Shown piece after piece: positions 24,718 to 39,990 of a stretch of DNA of 50,429 bases. How positions within the stretch are numbered: position 1 is the stretch's first letter; every line of letters begins with the position of its first letter. The notes under the pieces are model-generated. The model searched no databases. It was not told where the DNA came from and saw only the letters and a program-made list of their open reading frames with translations. Source of the DNA: Ancylonema sp. (taxonomy: Eukaryota); assembly GCA_050230475.1 (NCBI GenBank), contig JBFLGF010000182.1, forward strand, positions 1 to 50,429. The letters are read 5' to 3'. Made by a program: the position numbers and the translations under genes.

Positions 24718-27700
24718 TCATTCATCGGCCACTGCAATGGTCCATTTATTAGAGTCCGCCTCCATGGGCTGCCCTTCCCCAAACTCTACAATCCCGCCTT
24801 CCCCCTCCCCCCCCCCTGTCCCGTTGTCCACCCCAACATCTCCTATGTCCGGCTCGCCCCCCCCCACCAGCCCCTCTTCCTCCCCCAGCTGCATCCCCAG
24901 CTCCTGCCTTTCCATTTCCAGTTGCTCCTCCCCGCCCCCTTCCCCCCCCTCCATCAGCAACTGCTGCTGCTGCTCCTCCCCCCCCCCATGCGCGGCCTCC
25001 AGATGCGCCTGCACCACCAAGTGGTCCACGTATTCCGCCATCACCTGCTCGAACAGCTTCTTCAGCCGCTCCAGCGCCCGCTCCCGCTCCCTCTCCGTCG
25101 CCCCATCCAGCTGGAAGTGCCGCGATATGAACTCCTGGAACCCGCCGGAGCTCTCGAACTGCCCACCCCCCAACCCCCCCCACCCCTCAGTCCTCAGTCC
25201 CCGGTCCCTTTATTTTAAGCCACCTCCCGAACCCGAATCCGAATCCGACTCACCCGCTGCTTCCCCCCCGCGTCGAACGCGAGTCTGCAGAGCAGGGGGA
25301 GGTCGACCTTGTGCCCCACCACCTGCGGCTTCCCGGTGGGCACGGCCTTGTTGGTGTCGCGCAGAAAGTCGTACATGCTCCTCGCGCTGAACTTCTCCGC
25401 CGCGCTGCTGCGGTCCGCCGCGCTCCTCTTGGGGGTGAGCCCCAGCTCGAAGGGCGGCATGCTGCCCTCCTGCCGCGCCGTCCACCCCGGCTCGAAGGCC
25501 TCCAAAAAGGCCTGCTTGCCGCGGTTGGGCAGGTCGTGCGGGTGCACAAACGGGACGAGGTCGGGCCACCCCAGCTGCGCCCGGAGGTAGCCGCAGGGGG
25601 GGTCGGGCGAGGCCATGTGCAGCTCCTCGCACTCCTTGAGCGAGCAGAAGCGGATCTTCATCTGCTTCTGGTCGGCCCGGTCCTGCACCTTCTCCTTGAG
25701 CACGCGCTGCGCCTCCAGGCGGAGGCGCTAGGAGGGGGCGAGCTGGGAGGCTTTGTCTGCGCCTCCCGAGGAAGCCATGATCATGATGGAGCCCATGGGG
25801 TCTCGGCTCTTGCGCTTGCGGCTCTTCTAAATCGACTTGGCTGCAGGCAAGCAGGGCAGCAGGGCAGTGAGGGGGTGTGGATAAGAAGGGGGGGGGCGGG
25901 GGAGAGCACTCACGTTGCTTGAACCCCTTGGGCGGGGTGGCCAGGATCTGGTCCATGGGGAGGGGGCGAGTCATGAAGGTCGCCACAGCGACCGGCGCTT
26001 GGAAGGGCGTGCCGATGATGTGGCCCGCGGCAGCCATGGCGGAACAGTGGATGATGGCAGAGGCGCGGGGAAGGAGTTTGAACACGAGCGAGAAGCGACC
26101 ATTGGATGTGTTGGGCGATCGGACGGCGTTGCCAGCGAGTCCAGCGACTGCGTTGGCTGCCGCTGACACGTCGGTGCGGTACAGTGAGGGCCCCACGTAG
26201 CCGCCCGTGCCTTGGTACAGGGACAGCCCGACCAGCACCAGGATGTCGGCTGGGCCCAGCTCCGCGTCCACGAGCAGCCAGCGGTTGTGGGGGTCGCGCA
26301 CGTACAGCCCCGGGCAGTCCGGCTTCACGAGGGCCAGGAGACCCTTTTCTGCGCGGGGGTCGCTATCCTCGGGCAGAGGGGGGAGGGAGTCGTCGGGGGA
26401 AGGGGGTAGGAGGGGACTGGAGGGGGAGGGGGTGAGAGGGGCGGGCGGGGAGTGTAAGTGAGTCGTGGGTTTCTGTTCGAGGCCGTGTCGTCTCATCATA
26501 TTAACATCACAGATGTGTAGACAGATGTTTGGGGCTCGATGTACCAGACTGATGTTATTTGTGAGCGGAGGAGCTACGTCGCTTTCCGAGATCTGTGGAG
26601 AGTCGAGAGTTGAGAGGGTCGTATTGCGATGCGGAATATAGGCACAGTGTCATCACTGGCATTGTGCATGTGTACGTATAACAGTGACACACATACTCGC
26701 ATGTATGTTAGTGCACAAACTAGTGATATTACGTGCGGTGCATATTTTGTGCCGTTCACACGTGTATACACATTCGCCTGCATGCGTGTTGTTTGTGTAT
26801 TGCTCCTTCAGAAGGACGGCATTGTCTAAGATGGTACTCATGGCGAGGAGGAGATGTGTTGGGAAGAGAAAAGGCGTTTTTTGAGTTGTTGTTGTGGAAT
26901 AGCGGGCGGTTTCTGTGTTCTCCCCATCCAGGATACAGGATACAGGACACAGGACAGGCTGTTCAGGAGTTCATGGTCCATGTTTGGTTGGCGGGCGTAC
27001 TTGATCACCCTTCTCCCGTGGCAGGTGAGGGAGAGCACAGAGGACGCCATCTCTCCACCCTTGAGCGGAACGTTATCCAGAAGGTCAGTGAACGCGTAGG
27101 TGCGCAGATCCAGAGACCGTCCGACGGCTTCGACCACCACACGGGCCGCGTTCCCCAGACAGGCGTACGCCTCTGCGGGGCAGGGGGAGGCAGGGATGAA
27201 GGCGATCCGAGGGTGGGGAAGGGTGGTGGGATCTGAATCGGATAAGGTACCTGGCAGACATTCTGGGGGGCTGCATTCCCCAGCCTCCCTAGGTGGGACG
27301 GGATGGGATGGGGTGGCCCCTGGTCGGAAATCGTAGCATTCCTTCCCGTAGTGGGGCTCAGAAATGTAGCCGCTGCTTCTGTTCCAGTCCAAAGGGTCGT
27401 CCAGAGCCAGGCCCGGCTGTTCAGAGGCGTGTCGGTGGCTCTGCAGACAGCTATGGAGGAGGTGAGGTGGTGCTGGGAGGGAGGGAGGGAGGGAGGTGAT
27501 GGAGATGAACCTGGAAGAACATTCGAGTCGCGTCCAAGCTGTGCTTGATCAGCATGTCGTCGCCAGGTGGCAGTTGGATGATAGCTGAAGCCTCACCCAG
27601 AATGTTTCCTTGTCAGATGTCAGATGTCAGATGTCAGATGGAGGATAGAGCCCACTCTGTGCTCTGACTGAAAAGTGTGTGGTGAAGGGTGGCATGTGTT

Positions 27701-28415
27701 TGCATACGGAGTGACATCCCTTGGTCACATGCGGGGAAGGAAGGAAGAACTCATGTGTCGTACTGCTTGCATCAGCAGCAAGACGAAGGTACGTACCCCG
27801 TGAAGATGAAAACGCTCGCACAGAGTTGCCTTTGTATTTTTCAAAGAGTTAATAAGTTTTTCGACCTTGCCAGTGGGTTGAAGTGGTGTCTTGGTGTTGT
27901 TTCATGTGCCTCAGCACCACTGTGCTGCCTACATTCAGCGTCGAAATGGTTTGCAGTGAAGGAGCGAAAATGTGCCCAAGAAAAAGTATTTCTACGATTT
28001 TACCGACTTGCTCTCCTCTCGACCATAGACTAGGATAGGTCTGACTTGTTTCCTAATCTCCACGGGCCGCCCTTCACATATTCAGTGAAGGCTCGCATGA
28101 TGCGATGTCCTCAAAGTGATTCGAAGAGTGGGACAGACAGTAAGCACGGATCCATCACGAAAAGGTAGAACATGCAAATATCGTTCTTGTTCAGTGTTGA
28201 CGATGCCCTGCTGATATCTACGTACTGCAGAAAGGCACCGCACACGTTGTGACTGTTGTAGATGCTGTCGAGCACGGAAGCCCTCAATTCATCGCACCTG
28301 TATTGAACCTTGCCAGGGACTGCCACAGCGACACGATGGCTGTACGGTATGCCTCCGTGGGAGCACCATCACTTGGCTGCAGGTCACTCAACTTCAACCG
28401 CGTGGGGCCCGCCAT
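24718..28415 (-). CDS. At3g12940-like 2OG-Fe(II) oxygenase-fold protein plus ARID-like C-terminal domain; two in-frame TAG codons (possible pseudogene)
   Basis: MAGPTRLKLSDLQPSDGAP..., AIIQLP, SGYISEP..ECYDFRPG, LLDNVPL, LYVRDPHNRWLLVD, GRFSLVFKLLP, LAPS*RLRLEAQRVLKEKVQ, GWP..VPFVHPHDLPN...FEPGW. TAGs at 25829-25827 and 25730-25728. Confidence 0.8.
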
Positions 28416-29370
28416 GCTGCATCAAAGAAGACGGAAAGAGTCAGAATAGGGCGGTCAGCTCCCGCCTGCTGCTCAGATAGTCGACGACACTGCGCGAATG
28501 ACTTTTTGAAAGAGGCCCAGAGCCAAGGATTGAGCGAGTGCCAGTGCCAGTGCCAGTGCCAGTGTCAAGCACAGTTGTCTACTGACAAAGAAACGGGGAA
28601 CAATCTGAATGCACGACAGTGCGGTACCGTGCAGCGCAGAATCTTTACGCAGCGGCCCTACAGCGTAGTTTGCGGACTCCGACCTTCACGGAGCAATGAT
28701 GAGTTTGAAATTTGGCGGGGGGGCAGAGAGAGAGTTTCTGCAAGAACCTCGGAGCCCTGCCCAAGAGACGTGAGGTAGGAAAATTTTAATCGATTAAGCA
28801 CAAAGTTTCTATATTTCCATATCGGAGGCAATATTCCTGTTTTCCAGCAGACCGTGACAACCAACAACGTGTCAGAGAGGGATTAATAGATCCGAGTATC
28901 TGGTATGATGACTACTACTATAAATAATCCACGTGTATCTTTCGCGTTTGAAGTAGTATGGATCGTCGATTACTCGAGAGTACTTCTGAAACTTACCTAT
29001 TATTTTGCGACCATATAGAACCAGAAGTACTCGACCTCGAAACAAGCCGAAGGAACCAGGCTCGGAAATTTTGCTCGTACACGGGCCTGAAATTTCAAGC
29101 GACTTTTTCAGCTGTACCGTATTTGCCCAGACCGATGATTCAAACCCACACTCGTTCCCATTCTACGCGATGTTGAGTTAGAGGCGCTTGATCAACGCGC
29201 GTAATTAATTCGAAAAGTTGGCACGACGTTTATAATATTTATTTTCGGCTGCGCGTTAGATCGCGCGCTAAATTAAATTAATTATTTTATTTGATGCGTT
29301 GAAAAATAACCCGGAAACCCCCAAAAATACCCCCAAAAAAAACTCACATCTTTGTCGTTTTTCCAGGATA

Positions 29371-29672
29371 CCGTAGTGCTACAAACTCACCGCGTCAAAT
29401 TAATTCAGAGCTGGAGCGGTGTCCAAACGCGGTATAAAAGTATTAATTATTTGCGGGAGCGGAGTCCGAAACGTGGTATGTTTATTAATTAAATGCCGGC
29501 GCGGTATGGCTTTTTTTGAGGTTTTTATTGTTAAATAATAGGTTTACCAGTAAAAAGAAAGCGGCCTGCGGCGGCCTGCGGCGTCTGCATATTATATGAC
29601 CAGCGCGGTGTCCAAACGCGGTATGGGTTATTGATTGAAAAGAAAAAACGGGGTGAGTTTGTAGCACTACTG
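29371..29672. mobile_element. MITE (CCGTA family) with damaged right end
   Basis: TA-ccgtagtgctacaaactcacc starts at 29369. 19-bp perfect inverted repeat at 29373-29391 / 29652-29670, but the terminal GG-TA is replaced by TGG-CT. Confidence 0.8.
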
Positions 29673-30065
29673 GCTTGAGCGGTGTCTTTTGAGCGGTATT
29701 TTAATAATTAAAAAAACCCTGTGAGCGGTGTCACTGTAATTTAAAATCCGTACGTCCGTACGTACGAAAGCACGTGCGGATTAACAAAAGTCCGTCCAGA
29801 CATATGTCGGTACGTCCGCATGTGCATCCGTACGTAAAGCTGCAAGTGCGGACTTCCGGAAGTACGTCCGCACATGCAGAAAACTAAAGTTCTCAGATAA
29901 AAACCGAAAAAAAATTACCAAAAAAAATGAAAATTTGCCCCGCAAAATTGAGCGATGTCCATGAGCGGTGTATATTAAATAATTAATTCGGGTTGAGCGG
30001 TGACTTTTGAGCGGTCGTTTAATAATTCAAAATTATTTTTGAGCGTTGAGTTCGTGCCGGTACGG
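29673..30065. mobile_element. Truncated MITE related to element 712-1321, inverted orientation
   Basis: The reverse complement of about 29675-29810 parallels about 1130-1240 (ccgcacgtg..cgtacggacgtac..tttt(a)aatta.agtg). Ends gccggtacgg-TA at 30065-30067. Related motifs also occur at about 29170-29330. Confidence 0.72.
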
Positions 30066-30410
30066 TACGGTATGTAGTTTCCATACGTGCACGTTCTTGA
30101 AATGAGAGGGGGTATATTTTTATTTTTATTTATTACAAAAAATCCTCTCACAAACAAATACGTTCCGCAATTTTAGCTTTTGCCTCGCCGTCTCAGCTTA
30201 GATTCTGTGAGCCACATTTTTATCGTCATGGCAAAACTGCCATATGGCGCTTCTATAATTCAGTCTCGAAGCAGGCGGCAAAAGGCGGTGAAATGAGGGG
30301 TGCAAATTTGCAAATGGGACGTGTATACGCACGCCACTTTTGGTAGACAGCACGCCACAACGCTTCCCTTCGCAAATTTAGTCACTCCAGACAAGACAGC
30401 CCGGGCACAG

Positions 30411-33292
30411 ATGTCAGCAGCCATGGCTTCAATGGCAGGAGCCATGACGAGTAATTTGGTGAGGAATGAAAAAATTCGACGGGGTAGGAGAACGTAACGA
30501 GGAGAACGTAATTTACACTGTTCGCGAGACGGGGAAGGAGAACGTAAAAGCGCATTGAACTGTCAACGTCTTGTTATCTGCTTACTTACTGGTCTGCTCT
30601 GTCGAGTCAGCCTCTTTCTTCATTTTTTAAATGGCCTGCGACCAACATGAAAGTTGAAGTACGTACAATACAGCATTTCCGGTCCACCATGGCGCAATCC
30701 CATACAGTTGCGCGATCTTAACGCCCTCTATCCCTTGCAGGCCCTTCCGTTTTCCACCTCTGCGCAGAGATTACATTCTGAATCATTTCACGGTGTCCAG
30801 TTACAGGGTAATTGCCTGGACTGTACAAAAAAAAAGCCTGCGCCCGTCACTGCTTCTGCTTCATCTCGCTTAGAAAAATGTGTGCACGACTGTATAGTAT
30901 CTGCGAGTCTGCAGCTACAGGACGCCTGTCACTGTTCACATACTGTTCACTGGATGCGGAACGCACTCAGCGACCCTCCGTATGCGGACCGAAAGCAGCG
31001 CTCTCATTCGTCGATAAATTCCACCTCCAGCACCACTTTGTCGGCGCAGTTTCCTGACACCCAATCGTCCACGTGCAGCCGTTCCATCCGCGGCGAGACG
31101 CAACCGATCTCCCCAATCCCTCTCCCCTCTCTGCTCCACCCCTTCTGTGCCACCCGCCTGGCCTGGCCGGGCGGTTCCACCCGCCCCAGGGCAAGCCAAA
31201 AAATGGGAAGGACCCAAGCCTATCTCCCTCATAGGGTCGACGGGTTCCATCGGTACCCAGGTGAGCGCAGGGATGGCCCACCCGCACCCCCACCCCCACC
31301 CTGCCGCCCTGTTCAGACTGGCAGTGGCGGTTGGGGCCTGTTCAGACTTTGGACATTGTGGCGGAGAATCCCGATCTCTTCCGTGTGGTGGCCATGGCGG
31401 CCGGCTCTAATGTCACGCTATTGGCCGAGCAGGTGAGACCCCACCTCCCTCCCCTCCACCCCTCCTCTCACTCCCTTCCTCCTCCTCCTCCTCCTCCTCC
31501 TCCTCCTCCTCCTGCTTGCGGCAGATCCGTCAGTTTCGTCCTCGCCTGGTGGCCATTCGGAACGCGGGGCTGGTGGGGGAGCTGAAGGAGGCGCTGGCAG
31601 GGATGGACAGCCCCCCAGAAATCCTGGCAGGGGAGGAGGGGATCGTGGAGGTGACAGCACGCCCCATTCACCCCTTCTTCCCTTCTTCCCTTCTTTCGTG
31701 TTCGCCAACATTGCCCAAGATTCGGTCCTGCGGGGCTGTGTTTGGCAGTATTCGGAATCATTCGACACTGATGGGCGCTGACGTGTGTGCCCTGCCAGGT
31801 GGCGCGATACCACGAGGCGGTGACAGTGGTGACTGGCATCGTGGGGTGCGCTGGCCTCCACCCGACCTGCGCAGCCATCGAGGCTGGGAAGGACATTGCG
31901 CTGGCCAATAAGGAGACCCTGATTGCTGGAGGGCCCTATGTTCTGCCGCTGGCCAAAAAGCACGGCATTAACATTCTGCCGGCAGACTCGGAGCACTCTG
32001 CCATCTTCCAGGTATGACCCTGGAGGGAGGCCTGGCAGAAGGGCAGAAGTGGCAGAAGTGAAGGGGGGGGGGCGGGTGGGGGGCATTGCAGTGCATCCAG
32101 GGGCTGCCGGAGGGGGGGCTCAGGAGAATCATCCTCACGGCTTCCGGCGGTGCCTTCAGGCGAGTCCTCAAAGTCTCACGGTTTCCTGAAAAATATAAAG
32201 TATGAAATATGGGAATGAAATGGAACGAAACAGCATAGCAGACTTGTGCTCCTAGAATCGCAGGATGCATTTGGATTCAAAAACAATAAATGAACTTTCG
32301 AAACTGTTCACAGTTCCTGTTATCAGATGCCTCTGAGCCCCTGTGGCTGCACCTGGGGCGGGTTCAGGGACTGGGAGGTGGGGCGGCTGAAGGACGTGAA
32401 GGTGGCGGACGCGCTGAAGCACCCCAACTGGTCCATGGGCAAAAAGATAACGGTGGACAGCGCCACTCTGATGAACAAAGGGCTGGAGGTGATCGAGGCG
32501 CACTACCTGTTCGGAGCGGCGTACGACGACATCGACATCGTCATCCACCCCCAGAGCATCATCCACTCCATGGTGGAGACGCAGGACTCATCCGTGCTCG
32601 CGCAGATGGGGTGGCCCGACATGCGACTCCCCATTCTCTACACGCTGTCGTGGCCGGAGCGCGTGCGCTGCTCCGAAAAGACATGGCCTCGTCTCGACTT
32701 CATCAAGTGGGCGTCCTTCTTCATCAATTATCAATCATCAATCATCAATCATTACTCATTTATCATCACTCGTTACTCGTTACTCGTTACTCGTTACTCG
32801 TTACTCGTTATTGTGAGAGGAGGGGGGGGCGTGGAATAACTTTTATTTCTTTCGGGGGGGGGCTGGGCGGTTGGGGGGACCAGGATGGGGAACTTGACTT
32901 TCCGGGAACCAGATCGAAATAAGTACCCCTCTATGGACCTCTCCTATTCGGCTGGGCGGGCTGGGGGGACCATGACGGGGGTGCTCAGTGCGGCAAACGA
33001 GCAAGCAGTGGAGATGTTCATCGACGAAAAGTGAGTGGATGGGAATGGGCACCGTCACCGTTGGCAACTTTTTCTGAACCCCGTGTTGCGGCATTGCGGA
33101 ATTCTGTGTTTTTCTGTGTCTTTCAGAATTTCATATCTGGATATCGTCCGCGTCATCGAAAAGGTGTGCGCCAAGCATCGGTCCGAGCTTGTCGCCTCGC
33201 CCTCCCTCGACGAGATTGTGCACTTCGACCAATGGGCGCGGCGCACGGCAGCCGAGGTCGCCCGCTCGCTTTCCACGCCAGTCATCGCCTAG
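30411..33292 (+). CDS. DXR: 1-deoxy-D-xylulose 5-phosphate reductoisomerase, plastid MEP pathway (10 exons)
   Basis: [103 protein letters not shown] donor at 32160; ends STPVIA* (TAG). Confidence 0.97.
32769..32810. repeat. (CTCGTTA)n 7-mer repeat in a DXR intron
   Basis: About 6 units. Confidence 0.9.
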
Positions 33293-34086
33293 AAGCTCGA
33301 AAAAAAGAATCACTAAAGAGGGGTTTCTTTTTTTCGAGGAATGGACGGGGGGGGGACATGCTATGCTTCTGATTACTTTTTAGAGGGAGCAGATGGCAAG
33401 GTCTCAGATAATAGACCATGTACAGCGCTCTCAGAGCCATGGGAAGTGTGGACCTCGCTCCCTCTTCCACCTGTGACGAAGATTGGGATCGGGACCATCG
33501 GGTTTAGGGATGTAGTGACAAGGATGAGGATTTTCTTCGCGAGTCTTGTGGGCAGCGTGAGGAAACATCGCTGTAGGGGCTGGCTCGCAATATACACCTC
33601 CCCTGTAATGCACGAGTGTGGCTATGAGAGGTTTCCCTTCTGTTTCTTGTTGAGGGGCTAAGACGCAAGTCTGAGAATAGGGGCAAACAAATTGCTGTGC
33701 GTTTAAAAAAAAACTGAATTTGTTCGTTACGTTCTGCCCCAGTGATTTTCGGATATGCAAACTCTGATTCGTGGTTGGGGCTGGACAATGTCGGTGCTCT
33801 CAATGGCGACATTGCTGGCCAATGAGGAACATGGGGTCAATGTAGAATGCATATTTCCGCATTTGGAGGAATCTTCGGCAAAGACTGTTTGGAACTCAGC
33901 TCTCGATGAGGCGCATCTTTCACTCGATTTAATGGTCCGAGTGGAACCAATCACCATTGCTATACATCCGAAACACAAAGCATGTTTACATCCTAGGCGG
34001 GGCGTAGAGGACAGAAATTTCGCCAGCACAGCCTCGGAGCGTACGAATCCTACTCCTGGCTTACAGATAAGTGTGTTGAAACCACA

Positions 34087-34130
34087 ACCCATAGACCCAT
34101 AGACCCATAGACCCATAGACCCATAGACCC
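34087..34130. repeat. (ACCCATAG)n 8-mer repeat
   Basis: About 5.5 units between the convergent DXR and kinase 3' ends. Confidence 0.92.
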
Positions 34131-34396
34131 ACAGACGGGCTACTACTAATACGAGGGCGATACGGAGGCCTGTGTGGTTCCGCCTCCCAGAAGGAGGCTG
34201 GAAAAGTGGAGTGAAAAGCAGAAGCCGACCGCGTAGGTGCACCAGTTGGAGGGAGCGCTGCAAAACCCTGACACCTCAGCACCCTGTACCTAAGCTCGCC
34301 GCCCTTACAAACTATTCTAAAAATGTGACAATGAGCGATGGACAACCCCATTCCAGGACGACAGGAGTGAGTGAGATCCGAGTGGACCCACCAGTG

Positions 34397-38315
<3,919 letters not shown>

Positions 38316-38754
38316 GGTAGCTTCTGCAGTAAGCTGCTAAAGCAGCACGTGAGCGTCGTCTTCCCGCGGGCATCGACTGGACAGATCAATGCGTCATCCC
38401 TCTCGCTCTACGCATGAGTCCTTACGCTTTGATTCCCAAGCCGAGCGCTTCACACAGCGTAGTTGCTTCGGCGACATGGCAAGACTGTATGTCTACATAA
38501 ACGGTCTTCGAGGGAAGCCTGCAGGCAGGTCTGATGATTCCAGTGTTCCCAAAAAGTCTTCTTCCAAGAAGAATATTCAAAAGAAGTAGTGGTGCATTAT
38601 TGAAAAAACGTTGTATATTCAAAACGTCCAATTCGATGTTGAGAGCATAAGACTCCCGCGTGCCAACTCATGTTATTCTCCTGTTCTCCTACGGTAGGCG
38701 TGACATCAGTTCGAATATAGTTGACTACGGTTAACATGTTGACCTAAGGATATA

Positions 38755-39229
38755 CAGTAAATTCTCGTTACTGTCACACTCCCGGGACACCGAAAATGTG
38801 TGACTGTAACGAAATGTCACTGTAGCGAATTCCCTCGTTACAGTCACATTAGTGACTGTAACGAGGGAATTTTTTTTGGTGTGTTTTTTTGGGTTTTTTG
38901 GGTTTTTTTGGGGTTTTTTTTGGGATTTTTTTTTCGGGTTTTTTTTAAAAAAAAAAAAAACCCCAAAAAAAAAAAAAAAAACCCCAAAAAAAAAAAAAAC
39001 CCCAAAAAAACCCAAAAAACCCAAATAGCCCGTGACGTCAGCATAATAGATGACGTCACACCTCGTTACAGTGACATTCCGGCTATTTGATGTGACTTTA
39101 ACGTGGTGCGACTGTAACGAAAGTGACTGTAACGAACACGTTTTGGCGGGGGAAAGTTGGTACACCGAAAATGTGTGACTGTAACGTGAAAGTCACTGTA
39201 ACGAGAGTGACTGTAACGAGAATTTACTG
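38755..39229. mobile_element. pogo/Tigger-like MITE (CAGTA ends)
   Basis: 27-bp TIR cagtaaattctcgttac(t/a)gtcac(a/t)ctc, 17 bp perfect with 2 mismatches. TA at 38753-38754 and 39230-39231. Many internal GTGACTGTAACG copies. Confidence 0.92.
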
Positions 39230-39334
39230 TATAGCACAAGACCGCAGTGGGGCTCCCGCTTTCGGGACTTTCGCTTTCGCTTTTCAAAAATATACAAATA
39301 TCCGCGAGATCCTCCCGTACAGATAAAGTCGACA

Positions 39335-39616
39335 CCGTAGTGATACTAGATCGACGCGCGAAACGAAAATTGAATTATTTTAGCTATCGCGCGGGCTATC
39401 GTGCCAAACAAAACAATTAACAAGGCGTATCACGCGAGCTGTCTTGCAGCTGAGAAACATTTATGAAACACACCAAACCTCCAAAAACCTATCGCATCCG
39501 TCAAAATATTTAATAAAAGTTGTCGCGTGAGCTATCGCGTGGCTGAAAAACATTTATGAAACACATCGCGCCGAATTTTCGAATTACTTTTCAATGTTTA
39601 TCTAGGATCACTACGG
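39335..39616. mobile_element. MITE (CCGTA family)
   Basis: 17-bp TIR ccgtagtgat(a/c)ctagat with 1 mismatch; right flank TA, left flank CA; ATCGCG repeats. Confidence 0.82.
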
Positions 39617-39628
39617 TATTTGTGACTA

Positions 39629-39990
39629 CCGTACTGCCTAGAAATCATCGCGCGTGAGAAAAGGCAATTATTTATGCGGAGATGCGCATTAGATGCGCGT
39701 AAAAACTAATTAAATGCGCGTTCAACCGCGCTTTTGGCCGCGTTTTTTTTTTTTTTTAACAAGCTTTTTAACGCTTTTTTTTTCTTCTTAAAAACGGAAA
39801 ATATAAGTCTGGATAATTAAATTTCTGCTGCGCGTTCTGCTGCGCATTCTGTGGCGCCTAAATTTATTTAGTAAACTTAATGCGTTTTTCATGCGTTTTT
39901 CATTCATAGAACATAATAATAATAAAAATGCGCGGTCAACCGCGCAGGTTTTGAATGATTTACGCGCGATGATAAGCGATAAATACACGG
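39629..39990. mobile_element. MITE (CCGTA family), degenerate right end
   Basis: TA-ccgtactgcctagaaatcatcgcgc on the left; right end retains gcgcgatgat...acgg. The interior is an inverted relative of about 9720-9900 (ttcaaccgcgcttttggccgcg). Confidence 0.68.

Noticed and set aside
3276..32161. Excess of non-canonical introns
   Set aside because: Only two GC-AG donors (3276, 32160) and no AT-AC or U12 signatures were seen; too few to call unusual.
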